Part shown: one piece after another, positions 1 to 9,101 of the stretch
How the letters are laid out: each line of letters starts with the position of its first letter
Position numbering within the stretch: position 1 is the first letter of the stretch
Assembly: GCA_023246095.1 (NCBI GenBank)
Contig: JAHFJA010000002.1
Span: forward strand, 39,489-103,488
Reading direction: 5' to 3'
Length of the DNA stretch: 64,000 nt
DNA from: a bacterium
Lineage (GTDB): Bacteria > Patescibacteriota > Patescibacteriia > JACQRZ01
Made by a program: the position numbers and the translations under genes
Notes under the pieces: generated by a model
Database searches by the model: none
What the model was told of the DNA's origin: nothing
What the model saw: the letters and a program-made list of their open reading frames with translations, nothing else

Positions 1-33
1 ACCAGAGGGGTGAATTTTTTTAGGAAAAATTTA

Positions 34-426
34 TTACATCGCCACCCGATCTTCTATCCCTTTATCTGCCGCCATATCCATCAATACCTCTTGCTGTTCC
101 GCACTTAGGTTCCTAAAAAAACCGGCCTCTTTAAACGCTTCCTTTGTACTAAACCCCGAAGTACTCGCATCATAACTCCTTTTAACACTGTCAATCACCT
201 TCAAAGCGATGTCTCGCTGTGTTTCGGTGGTAAACAATTTTTGAAACTTCTCGTCGTGTTCCGATTCTGCATCACTTATTTCTATAGTAATATCAGGCTC
301 AACTTCAATATTGAGAGGTGGTTCCTCGTCATCAACAGTAATATCGATGTGCTCTGGTTTCTTTGGCTCTTCCGGCTCGTCATCCAGGGTGATCTCAATG
401 TGTGGTAATCGTTCAAAGCCAGCCAT
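34..426 (-). CDS. Hypothetical highly acidic protein with three internal I(E/D)IT(L/V)DDEPEEP-like repeats; immediately downstream of the 1358-aa gene on the same strand
   Basis: ORF track; repeat motifs IEITLDDEPEEP / IDITVDDEEPP / IEVEPDITIEISD read from the translation; 25-nt gap to the upstream gene suggests co-transcription. Confidence 0.45.
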   Translation of the reverse strand: MAGFERLPHIEITLDDEPEEPKKPEHIDITVDDEEPPLNIEVEPDITIEISDAESEHDEKFQKLFTTETQRDIALKVIDSVKRSYDASTSGFSTKEAFKEAGFFRNLSAEQQEVLMDMAADKGIEDRVAM

Positions 427-451
427 AACTCTGTTGGTTAATTATTATCTC

Positions 452-3400
452 CTACTTCGATACTGCTTGCGTCTCAGCTAAAATCTTTTGTGCCCACTCC
501 TCGGATAATAACTCTCGGCTGTGGTTTTCCATGAATGCCTTAAAGAAGACGACACCAGGGTTGGACATATCGTTTGGATTCTTAGCGTGACGTAATGCGG
601 CGATATAATCATCAAGACGCTTTTCCATATTACCCGACAAGTACCCTACTTTATTTCCATAGTACTCATGAAATAGCGTTTCAGATCCTTTTTGTCGAAG
701 AAGCCCATATAACCCATCTTTATCAGACGTACCCCAATGATGAGAAATCACGTTCTCATAAATAGGTGCATAGAGCGTGTCAGGTTGAACATCTACCTGA
801 TACCCCAAAGCATGGCCTGAGTCGCCCGCAAAATACATATTTGTTGGGGCTCCATGATCGACATTAAAATACAACACATCACCACCATGGATCTTTAATT
901 CCCCCGCGCCCGTACCAAAAAAGGTCTCAGCCTTACTTATTAGGTCTTTATTATCATCAACTAGTTTCGGAGCGTACTTGTGAATATACTCCCCAAGAGA
1001 AAGCTCTCCAAGATCATGTGGCACTCTCAATTCATGAATCCCTGAATTTTCTAAAATAGAAGGGTTTCTATCAATTAATTTCAAAACATTTTCAGCATCC
1101 GTACCCAATTCAGTTCCTTTCCATGAAGCTATGTTGCGCAATTCTGATAATTCTTTCGCTGAAGCAAGAGTGTGTTTCGTATTTATTTCACCCCTTATAT
1201 TCTCAAGCCGTTCCTGCCAATTGACTGCGTATTTTGCATACTCTGCTTGTGTGTGACCTATTTTTTCAAGCACTGCAGTAGGCTGGTCTGTAACCCATGC
1301 TTCCCTTGCAACATCAGCAATCTTACCGACACCATAATGCGCTGCCGCACCGGCACCGAGCGCAAAAGCCGTACCCCATCCAGCCGCTTTCAATCGATCC
1401 CATTTAAATTCTTTAAGCTTTTTATCTGCACTCTCTTCCAAAGTCTTTTTATAATCAAGAATTGCTTGAGTTCTAGGGTCCAGTTCTGCGCTTTCCCCTT
1501 CACTCTCTTCTTCATTGAGTACAATCTGAGGAGTAGTCTCAACAGGTGCCTGTATCACCTCGTCGCCAGCTTTAGGTGCCTCAGCTTGAGGTACAAATGA
1601 TTCTTTTTTTAACTCCAACAACCTAAGAAAGATTTCTTCGTACGCGGGTGGCATATCGAGAGCCATCGTCTCTTTTGTTTTAAATCCTTGCGTTATCATC
1701 GCTGCCTGCATATCTGAAAGACACCGCTCTGCCTGACCGACATCGGTAATCCCTTGAATTGTGTCGCGCATTTCCTTTGTTAATTGTGTTTCTTTAAATG
1801 GATCAACACCGAGAAGGCGAACAACACTACTCGATTCAAATTTCTTTCCTCCCGCACGCTCACCCGCCAATGTAGCTGTTGACCAGCTTGCTAAACCTCT
1901 ATAGGCAGCAAACGAACCCCATCCACCGGCGGCGGCACCCGCCGCAGCACCAGCGATACCACCTACACCGGCCATCAGAAGTGCTCTCACACTTGCTTGG
2001 CGTGCAAGGAAACGAAGCGCCCATTCTTTCTTATTTTTTGGTTCTCCCTGAAAACTCCCTTTGCCCTTAAAGTAATTCTCAAGGTTCATATCACCCAACG
2101 CTTTCCAGCCGGCCGCTAGTCTTCCCCATTTTCCTTCCTTGTCCGCACGAACGTCGATTTCTTGGCTCTGTTCATTCATCATGTTTACTAATTCAACACT
2201 CAAATAGGCTGCTCGTTGAGTCTCAAAGTCTGTCTTCGCTTTCTCAAATATTCCCTGTGCTTTCAACAATTCCTCCTCTATCTCTGCTCGCTTTGTTTGT
2301 TTGGCCGCATTGTCAAAAAGCCCAAGAAAACGTTTCGCTTTTTGCAACTCGTCAGATTGTTCTTTAACTTTAGAAAAGTTTGCCTGTGCATCACGATATT
2401 TATTCTTTGCAAGAAAATAGGCATCTTTAAGAGCAGATTCTGGCGTTCTTTCTCCTACAACCTCACCTGTACCCTCTGGTTGTCCCCCGGGTGTTTCTGG
2501 ATTTGTACTTGGTGGCGTCCCTTCGTTATTATTGGTGTTCGCTAGCTCTTGCGTTGCATCTTGTTTTACGACAGATCCATCTACCGGAGTAACGTCAGCG
2601 CTTTTCACCACAGGTTCACCTGTTTTCACTGGCTCTGCCGTCACGACACTGGTCGTTTTTTCAACCTTTGCCGGCTCGACAAGTTGAGGTCTCCGAGCAT
2701 CTGTTGCCATTTTACTCTTACTTAATGGCTGCGGTGATGTTCCTCTCCTACCACTTTTACTGATGGAATACACAATAACATTACCGTTCTCATCAATGCT
2801 GTCGATAACGAAACTCGCATAAATCATCTTAGGGGTCCTAGATGTCGGAAACTCAATTATGTCTCCTTTTTTCCAAACAGGCTCACCTTTTTCTGGTTCT
2901 GGGGTATTCACCTGCTCTGGTTTTGGTATATCAATAACCTTATTGGGATCACCTGTCACGTCTAAGATCGCATTATTTTGATTCCCTACGCCGTCTCTTG
3001 CTTCTGTAAGCGCCTGACTAAAAACTGTTTTCTCCTTATTACTCAATTTTTGAAATGAATCAAATGAATCGAGATATTTATCTACGTCAAAAGCAACCGC
3101 CTCTGGATGTCTTTTCGACTGTTCATATAGAAGTCTCAAAGAAGGAAGAACCTCTGCTAATACCGCTTGTACATTTCCACCCACCAAGTCTTTAATACCT
3201 TCTTGTTTCAATTGTTGAGTTAATTCATTCTTAAAATCCTCTGTAGCAATATCACTATTGTAGGATGCATTGGCCACGAGAAAATCATTTACATTAAAAA
3301 ATTTATTTTCCGCGACGGCTTCCTGATAGGCCTTCTTTGAGAGAGTAAGAAGATTCTTCATTAATTCTCCTTGCCCGGGGATAAAGTCTTTTCCTTGATC

Positions 3401-4528
3401 TAAAATAGGTTCTTTGGGGACATTTTTGGCGTCAGTATCCCGTGTTTGTAGTTTTTCCTTTTCTAGTATTTCCGATACAGCCTTTTTTATACCCATAACC
3501 TCTGGAATTTGATCCAGTGCCGAAACATTATTTCGAGCGGCCTCAATCGCGCTTTTGAGATCTGAAGAACTTACATTATCGACATTTTTAATGTCTGTCC
3601 TTTCCATTTCGTCGATAATGTTCAAAAGGTCGCCAGTCGTTCTTGCACCATTAAACGCTTCTTCGAATAGTATCTTTTTCTCATCTTCCGTACCGTATTT
3701 TTTTATCAACTCACGATGAACAATGTAATCCTGAAACACACCTTTCTCTTTCCCCAACCATTTTTTAGTTCCTTCGCTTATTTGTACATTGTTGCGAATC
3801 CCTTTTTCGTTTCCTGTTGCAATAAAATCAAGATTCTCAACGATATTGGCTCGAAGATCTTTAGTTAGATCCTTAGTGTCAAGATAGTTGGGGATGTCAT
3901 ATTCATAACCCCCGACTTTTGCCTTCACACGGCACCTTATAACCACATCCTTTTTAATCTCACCTGCTTCGGCAGCTTGTTTAAGATTATCTACCACCTC
4001 CTGGTCAATCGCAAGCGAAAAACCGCCCCTTTTATTGAGCTCTTGGGTAAATTGATTAGATATATTTTCCGCTTCCCCTATTTCATTTTTAGAGTTCTTT
4101 TTGAGCGCTTCCGGTAGATTAAGTCCAAGACTGTCTGCATTTACGTCTACATCTTTCAATATCACGTTGCCGTCTTTTTCTATTTTTTTCTTTTTTGTCT
4201 TATGAAGATAGTAGTCACCACTTTTTTCATCTTGGTCAAACTTATACTTGAAGAAAGTGTTTTGTTCCTCTTGCTGTTCATTTTTTGGTGTGGCCTCCTT
4301 ATCTACCTTTTTAGACCGCTCAATACCAAGCTTTTCTGCAATACGATTCTTCATATCGTCATCCAATTCATCGCTATCTTCTACACTCATATCAAAAATA
4401 TACTTGTGCGGGTTCGCTTCTCCTGTAGGGGCTAAAGAAAGAGCGTCATTTACCTCTTGAACGCGCGTTTCAATCTCCGCTTCTCTCTCACGGGAAATTT
4501 GTTCTGGGGTTTTTGGTGCTTCTGACAT
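452..4528 (-). CDS. Giant (1358 aa) hypothetical protein: K/E-rich N-terminal ~700 aa that looks coiled-coil, two Gly/Ala-rich hydrophobic segments that look like transmembrane helices, and a ~300-aa C-terminal globular region; no P-loop found
   Basis: Uninterrupted ORF of 4.1 kb. Hydrophobic segments AGVGGIAGAAAGAAAGGWGSFAAY and GWGTAFALGAGAAAHYGVG. No GxxxxGK[ST] motif seen. Confidence 0.6.
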   Translation of the reverse strand: MSEAPKTPEQISREREAEIETRVQEVNDALSLAPTGEANPHKYIFDMSVEDSDELDDDMKNRIAEKLGIERSKKVDKEATPKNEQQEEQNTFFKYKFDQDEKSGDYYLHKTKKKKIEKDGNVILKDVDVNADSLGLNLPEALKKNSKNEIGEAENISNQFTQELNKRGGFSLAIDQEVVDNLKQAAEAGEIKKDVVIRCRVKAKVGGYEYDIPNYLDTKDLTKDLRANIVENLDFIATGNEKGIRNNVQISEGTKKWLGKEKGVFQDYIVHRELIKKYGTEDEKKILFEEAFNGARTTGDLLNIIDEMERTDIKNVDNVSSSDLKSAIEAARNNVSALDQIPEVMGIKKAVSEILEKEKLQTRDTDAKNVPKEPILDQGKDFIPGQGELMKNLLTLSKKAYQEAVAENKFFNVNDFLVANASYNSDIATEDFKNELTQQLKQEGIKDLVGGNVQAVLAEVLPSLRLLYEQSKRHPEAVAFDVDKYLDSFDSFQKLSNKEKTVFSQALTEARDGVGNQNNAILDVTGDPNKVIDIPKPEQVNTPEPEKGEPVWKKGDIIEFPTSRTPKMIYASFVIDSIDENGNVIVYSISKSGRRGTSPQPLSKSKMATDARRPQLVEPAKVEKTTSVVTAEPVKTGEPVVKSADVTPVDGSVVKQDATQELANTNNNEGTPPSTNPETPGGQPEGTGEVVGERTPESALKDAYFLAKNKYRDAQANFSKVKEQSDELQKAKRFLGLFDNAAKQTKRAEIEEELLKAQGIFEKAKTDFETQRAAYLSVELVNMMNEQSQEIDVRADKEGKWGRLAAGWKALGDMNLENYFKGKGSFQGEPKNKKEWALRFLARQASVRALLMAGVGGIAGAAAGAAAGGWGSFAAYRGLASWSTATLAGERAGGKKFESSSVVRLLGVDPFKETQLTKEMRDTIQGITDVGQAERCLSDMQAAMITQGFKTKETMALDMPPAYEEIFLRLLELKKESFVPQAEAPKAGDEVIQAPVETTPQIVLNEEESEGESAELDPRTQAILDYKKTLEESADKKLKEFKWDRLKAAGWGTAFALGAGAAAHYGVGKIADVAREAWVTDQPTAVLEKIGHTQAEYAKYAVNWQERLENIRGEINTKHTLASAKELSELRNIASWKGTELGTDAENVLKLIDRNPSILENSGIHELRVPHDLGELSLGEYIHKYAPKLVDDNKDLISKAETFFGTGAGELKIHGGDVLYFNVDHGAPTNMYFAGDSGHALGYQVDVQPDTLYAPIYENVISHHWGTSDKDGLYGLLRQKGSETLFHEYYGNKVGYLSGNMEKRLDDYIAALRHAKNPNDMSNPGVVFFKAFMENHSRELLSEEWAQKILAETQAVSK

Positions 4529-4633
4529 ACCGATGTTGATAAAGTCATTATAATTGATAATTATACCTTATTTTATAAAGTTTCCTAAATTTCCTTATAA
4601 TTATAGGCCATCCAAATTTAGTCCAGTAAACAC

Positions 4634-4662
4634 TTGACAAAATATGACAAATGTGCTATACT
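4634..4662 (+). promoter_or_regulatory. Sigma70-like promoter TTGACA-17nt-TATACT upstream of the 4708 gene
   Basis: TTGACA at 4634-4639 and TATACT at 4657-4662 with a 17-nt spacer; AAGGAGG ribosome-binding site at ~4694 before the ATG at 4708. Confidence 0.45.
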
Positions 4663-4707
4663 TTTATATAGAAAATCAGATTATTATAAAGAAAAGGAGG
4701 CCTAACC

Positions 4708-5826
4708 ATGGCTAAAGTTACAAAAAAAATCATTGAAACCTTTACAATTGAAGATTTACTTTTTGGGAATCCCTTTCCAAAACGTAAAGATTACAGAGAA
4801 GGATTCCAAAAAGAATCCGGAGAATACAAAATCCATCCAGTGGAGAGGTTCTTGCCAAATATCGGTGTCCCCTATCAATGTATCGTTAAGGTGGTCGAAT
4901 ATCCTAACGGTAAAAAGATTGGTCATGCTGAATTAGGGCCTGACGCAATTGTTAACAAGGATAACATTCGTGACAGTATTCCACCTGTAACCGTTACATT
5001 TGAGCAAGGAAAACACACACTGTTTGCGTATCACCCTGAAACAGGAAAGGCAATTACACCATTCCCTCGCTGGAAGTACTTTTTCAACTCCGAACCTAAA
5101 ATCGGTCAAACCTACACATTAGACTTGATAGATGAAGGGAACAAGTACTACGGAATTCCTACCATGGCAGGCATCCAGGTAAGTGCGACCGGAACAGCAC
5201 TTGCGATTAAGGCTGAGCTTAGTAGAAATTTAATGTTATATGACCTTGAACATGTTATAGATGCCGACGGAACATACCAACATTTTAAAAACATCCTACA
5301 TTTAGAGGATGACTTTACAGCCGAGATCGTTAAACAATCGTTCAATAAACTGTCGAAAAATTGTAACCCCAACAATTTGAAGACATCAGCCACCATGAGA
5401 GCTTTTATGGAAAGAAAAGCTCCCGTACTGCAACTGGCCAGAGCAATGGCTTACACACGTTTAGGTATTGAAAATGATGGCATAAACGTTCTTGTTTCCC
5501 ATTTTGGCAGCACAACTGAAATCATTCAGACGATTCTTAATGGCGAAATCCATAAAGAACCTGACAATACCGAAACAGAACAAACAACACCAGTCTTAAA
5601 AAAAAAGACCACCTTAAATGATAGGCAAGTCAAAGTCCAACAGATCGCTGATGAAATCCGCAAAAATGCAGCATCATTAAAGAACGTAGAAAATCCTTTA
5701 AAAACTGCTTTTGACACATGGATAGCTCAGTCTTCTGAAGATCATGACGCTTTTCTTTATAGACAAGTCGCTAAAGAATTAGGTGACGTCAAGTATTACG
5801 AACACAAAATACCCGTCATCGCCTAA
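4708..5826 (+). CDS. Hypothetical protein (372 aa), no recognisable motif
   Basis: ORF with strong Shine-Dalgarno (AAAGGAGG) and upstream consensus promoter. Confidence 0.6.
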   Translation: MAKVTKKIIETFTIEDLLFGNPFPKRKDYREGFQKESGEYKIHPVERFLPNIGVPYQCIVKVVEYPNGKKIGHAELGPDAIVNKDNIRDSIPPVTVTFEQGKHTLFAYHPETGKAITPFPRWKYFFNSEPKIGQTYTLDLIDEGNKYYGIPTMAGIQVSATGTALAIKAELSRNLMLYDLEHVIDADGTYQHFKNILHLEDDFTAEIVKQSFNKLSKNCNPNNLKTSATMRAFMERKAPVLQLARAMAYTRLGIENDGINVLVSHFGSTTEIIQTILNGEIHKEPDNTETEQTTPVLKKKTTLNDRQVKVQQIADEIRKNAASLKNVENPLKTAFDTWIAQSSEDHDAFLYRQVAKELGDVKYYEHKIPVIA

Positions 5827-5917
5827 ACGTCCCTATGGACGCTAATGTACATAATCTTACATTAACGTCCTGGGGATTGTTTTTTTACCAAAAAAATAGG
5901 GGTGTCCTTTGGATCCC

Positions 5918-8593
5918 CTATTCCTTCGCCTTCTCTATCGCATCCTTATGATGTCTATGATAAAAGTCTCGGAAAAACACCTCCGCCTCTTCACGAGAAT
6001 CATGATCTTTGGCAACCAATCCTTCCAGTCGGTGGCGTAATGCTACGCGCCCCGCCTCAGGAAGCAAATCGATCTTCTTTTCATAATAATTCAAAAATAT
6101 ATCAGTGAAATCTTTGATGTAATCCATGAACATTTCCTCGCCTCCATCATGGACCATTTTCCAGAGAACATACTCCGGAGTTCCTTCGACAAAGCCTTCA
6201 AACTCGTCAATTTCCAAAAATCCCGCTTCCTTTCCCGATGTATTGGCATACCATATCTGCCCGTTTGCATCCACATATACCCTATCGCCCGCATTGCCCA
6301 ACCGTAACCACTGACGGGGATTTTCAGGTACGACCGTAAAGCCCATCTGCTCATACACCTGACGGAGCGTCATATATACTTTCTGTTCCCCTTCTCCTTG
6401 ATCAGGGAACAGATCACCATGTGCCCAGACAATACGGCGCAATGCACCAAGCAACGTCTCTGCACGTTGAAGCTCAATATATACCATGCCCGCTTTTTCT
6501 ATTCCTCCCTTATCATGCCAGTAATTCCACATATGAAGCGCGCGTTCCCCCATTGCCGTTCCTTGCCAACGACTCAAGGCAAAGACGCGTGATAATTCAT
6601 GCAAGTTCTCGGGAGAAGGTTGATGACTTATATCCTCCAAAAACTTCATGCCGTCAAGTTTGACTGAGGCATATTCTTTCAATGTCTTTCCTTGGCGGAG
6701 CAAACTTTCCACCAGTGCAATGGACGCTTTCTCTCTTCCGAGGCCGTGTGCCACACTAATAGTTCCTTCAGGATTGGTTACCACGCTCACATATTTTTCA
6801 TACAGTTGGGTATACAAATCGCAATATGTCGTGTGATGGCGTTCCATCGAAAGTACCTCCCCTCTTAATCGGGCGTGAAACTCAAGCATGGTCACCATAT
6901 CGCGCATATGAGAAAGATCCACCATCTCATCAAGAGTACGGCGTTGAGAAAACGACATTTCCGGCACTCGACACGCTTCTATACCAAAACTTCCTCTCAA
7001 TCCCTCCCGCAACACACTCAAGTCAGCACTGGCAGCAGCAGCGATACGCACCGCCTGATTAGGATCCCTATCAGTCGCGACACCCAACGGCGCACCCAAC
7101 AATCCGGCAATCGTGGATCCTTCCAATGTAACCATATTCAACAACGTCCGAAATTCGAGTTGCATATCGAGGTTATCCGTCCCATGTCGCAACCATTCTT
7201 CGTATTTCTCATATCGTTCTTCCGAAATCAAATGCCCAATGCGTGTTTGTGAAAACATTGCCTGGCCTTGAAATACCCAAAATGAAAGCGACAAAAATTT
7301 CCGTTGAATCACCACATCGAGATGGATCGCTCCCAACATCGTAGCGATCTGACGTGTCACGACAAATACCGCGTACTCAAGACGTGCCTTATCGTATCGT
7401 TCTTTTGTTTCACGATATAGTTTTACCTGTTTGACGAAATCATCATGTTGGAACTCTTTACGAAATGATCCAAAAATACCTTCAAATGGTTTTAATACCT
7501 TGGCTGCGGCAACAAACGCTTTTTTTGCTTCAATATATTCCGAAGGAGTAGCGGAACGAGTAGCATCATCGATCACCATTGGCAACGCAGGGCGAGAAAC
7601 AACCGATATTCGTGGCCGTGTACGGGGTACTTTCACTACCTCCTGAGGTTTGACTTCGGCAACAGGAGGAAGGATAACAGGGGCAGGTGTCGCTTTTTCA
7701 ACTACTTCCAGTGTCACCGCCTCTAATACCGTTGGTTCGGGTTCTTTGACTGGCACTAATCCTTGTCCGCCTTCTATAGTCAATACGGGTGTATGAGGAA
7801 CTTCCAAAAGCAGTGGTTTCTCTTCCTCTTTGGGTGTTTCGACGGGGGCGGCAACAACAACAAGGGCAATCTCTGTTTCTGGTTCTGACGAGACAAGTAC
7901 CTCTTCGATGACCTTCTTCGCACCATTATGCCCATGCATCGCAACCTTTTGCGCCCTCGCTTCTTCTTTCTGTTCTTCATCACTGCCGAATTTCTTCACT
8001 AACTCATGGGATATGACATCATCAAGAAATTGATCTCTCACCACCTCTCTCCATTTTTTATATGCCTTATTGCTAAAATTCTGATGCGCTACGGCCATTT
8101 GGAAACTCTCTTTCTCCTCTGGACTTTCAAAGGCTTGAACCGACACGTCCACCCGGGAAGGATGAATATACAACTCAGTGGTAGGTGCTCCGTCAATCGA
8201 GTACGAAAAATACACATGATCGGGTGCTTCTTTTTGTAGGTGAAGCTTATAATTATCTCTCTGTCCCAAATCATGTCGAATGCGCTCTGCATATCCTAAT
8301 ACCTCGTCACGAAAATCAGCATCAGAAAATTTTTCCTCCAACGAAGCGGGGATTTTTATATGTGTCTCTGTCGTCTGAGCGGTATGTTCCAAACCACGCT
8401 GTTCTTCGAAATCTTGAAATATACAAAACGCGTTGGCGTCTTTATTCAAGGAATAGCCTAGAAAATGTTTTGTCGTTATAACACTGCCGGAAGCCATTTG
8501 TGGAGCAACGCCTGTCTTTGAAGGGCGGCCACGGCGGCGTTTGAGAGCAATGTCACTTCCGATAGGGGCGGAAAGTGTTGATGTTGATGGCAT
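5918..8593 (-). CDS. Hypothetical 891-aa protein with N-terminal AT-hook-like RRRGRPSK motif, a central Pro/Glu/Val-rich linker and a large C-terminal region
   Basis: Long ORF; AT-hook GRP core read from the translation; no catalytic motif recognised. Confidence 0.55.
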   Translation of the reverse strand: MPSTSTLSAPIGSDIALKRRRGRPSKTGVAPQMASGSVITTKHFLGYSLNKDANAFCIFQDFEEQRGLEHTAQTTETHIKIPASLEEKFSDADFRDEVLGYAERIRHDLGQRDNYKLHLQKEAPDHVYFSYSIDGAPTTELYIHPSRVDVSVQAFESPEEKESFQMAVAHQNFSNKAYKKWREVVRDQFLDDVISHELVKKFGSDEEQKEEARAQKVAMHGHNGAKKVIEEVLVSSEPETEIALVVVAAPVETPKEEEKPLLLEVPHTPVLTIEGGQGLVPVKEPEPTVLEAVTLEVVEKATPAPVILPPVAEVKPQEVVKVPRTRPRISVVSRPALPMVIDDATRSATPSEYIEAKKAFVAAAKVLKPFEGIFGSFRKEFQHDDFVKQVKLYRETKERYDKARLEYAVFVVTRQIATMLGAIHLDVVIQRKFLSLSFWVFQGQAMFSQTRIGHLISEERYEKYEEWLRHGTDNLDMQLEFRTLLNMVTLEGSTIAGLLGAPLGVATDRDPNQAVRIAAAASADLSVLREGLRGSFGIEACRVPEMSFSQRRTLDEMVDLSHMRDMVTMLEFHARLRGEVLSMERHHTTYCDLYTQLYEKYVSVVTNPEGTISVAHGLGREKASIALVESLLRQGKTLKEYASVKLDGMKFLEDISHQPSPENLHELSRVFALSRWQGTAMGERALHMWNYWHDKGGIEKAGMVYIELQRAETLLGALRRIVWAHGDLFPDQGEGEQKVYMTLRQVYEQMGFTVVPENPRQWLRLGNAGDRVYVDANGQIWYANTSGKEAGFLEIDEFEGFVEGTPEYVLWKMVHDGGEEMFMDYIKDFTDIFLNYYEKKIDLLPEAGRVALRHRLEGLVAKDHDSREEAEVFFRDFYHRHHKDAIEKAKE

Positions 8594-8613
8594 GGGACAA
8601 GCAAATCAAAAAA

Positions 8614-8958
8614 CTATGGGGCGATCTCTTGGGCTTTTTCTATAAGATCTCTTTTTACTGCGATAAGTTCCTGTTTATATATATCATCCAACGAAGAAAC
8701 AGCATTTCGTAAATACGTTCCTACTTCTTCACCTTGTACACCGTCTTTCTCAATCAACGTATTGAGTTCATCGCGCTGTCCGTCATTGAGCATTTCGATA
8801 ATTCGCGCCATCGCCCGCTTTTGTACCAGTGTCGCCGCATCGTTGAGTAGTTGTAATTTTTGATCATCTGACAACGACTCTAAACCAAGTGCGACAACGA
8901 GGTTTACGTTAAGAATTTCTTGGTCAGTCATACGTAGAAGAAGAATGAATATATCCAA
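8614..8958 (-). CDS. Small hypothetical protein (start may be at internal Met, MTDQEIL, at 8931)
   Basis: ORF track only. Confidence 0.4.
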   Translation of the reverse strand: MDIFILLLRMTDQEILNVNLVVALGLESLSDDQKLQLLNDAATLVQKRAMARIIEMLNDGQRDELNTLIEKDGVQGEEVGTYLRNAVSSLDDIYKQELIAVKRDLIEKAQEIAP

Positions 8959-9049
8959 AGTATATCAGTACCTAAAAAAAATACCAACATTCTTTTGGAT
9001 AAAAGAATTGGACCACCCGATGACATCTCTCGTTCACGTCTCCAAACTG

Positions 9050-9078
9050 TTGACGCCGAGAACTTTTTGATGTATAGT
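9050..9078 (+). promoter_or_regulatory. Sigma70-like promoter TTGACG-17nt-TATAGT upstream of infB
   Basis: -35 at 9050-9055, -10 at 9073-9078. Confidence 0.4.
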
Positions 9079-9101
9079 TCCCGCATATCGCATCATCGAA
9101 A

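Noticed and set aside
1172-4460. Several plus-strand ORFs (1172-1600, 1879-2070, 2216-2545, 4202-4460) inside the 1358-aa minus-strand gene
   Set aside because: They are antisense to a long uninterrupted ORF, their products are low-complexity Cys/Phe/Leu-rich, and they have no ribosome-binding site. Treated as spurious.
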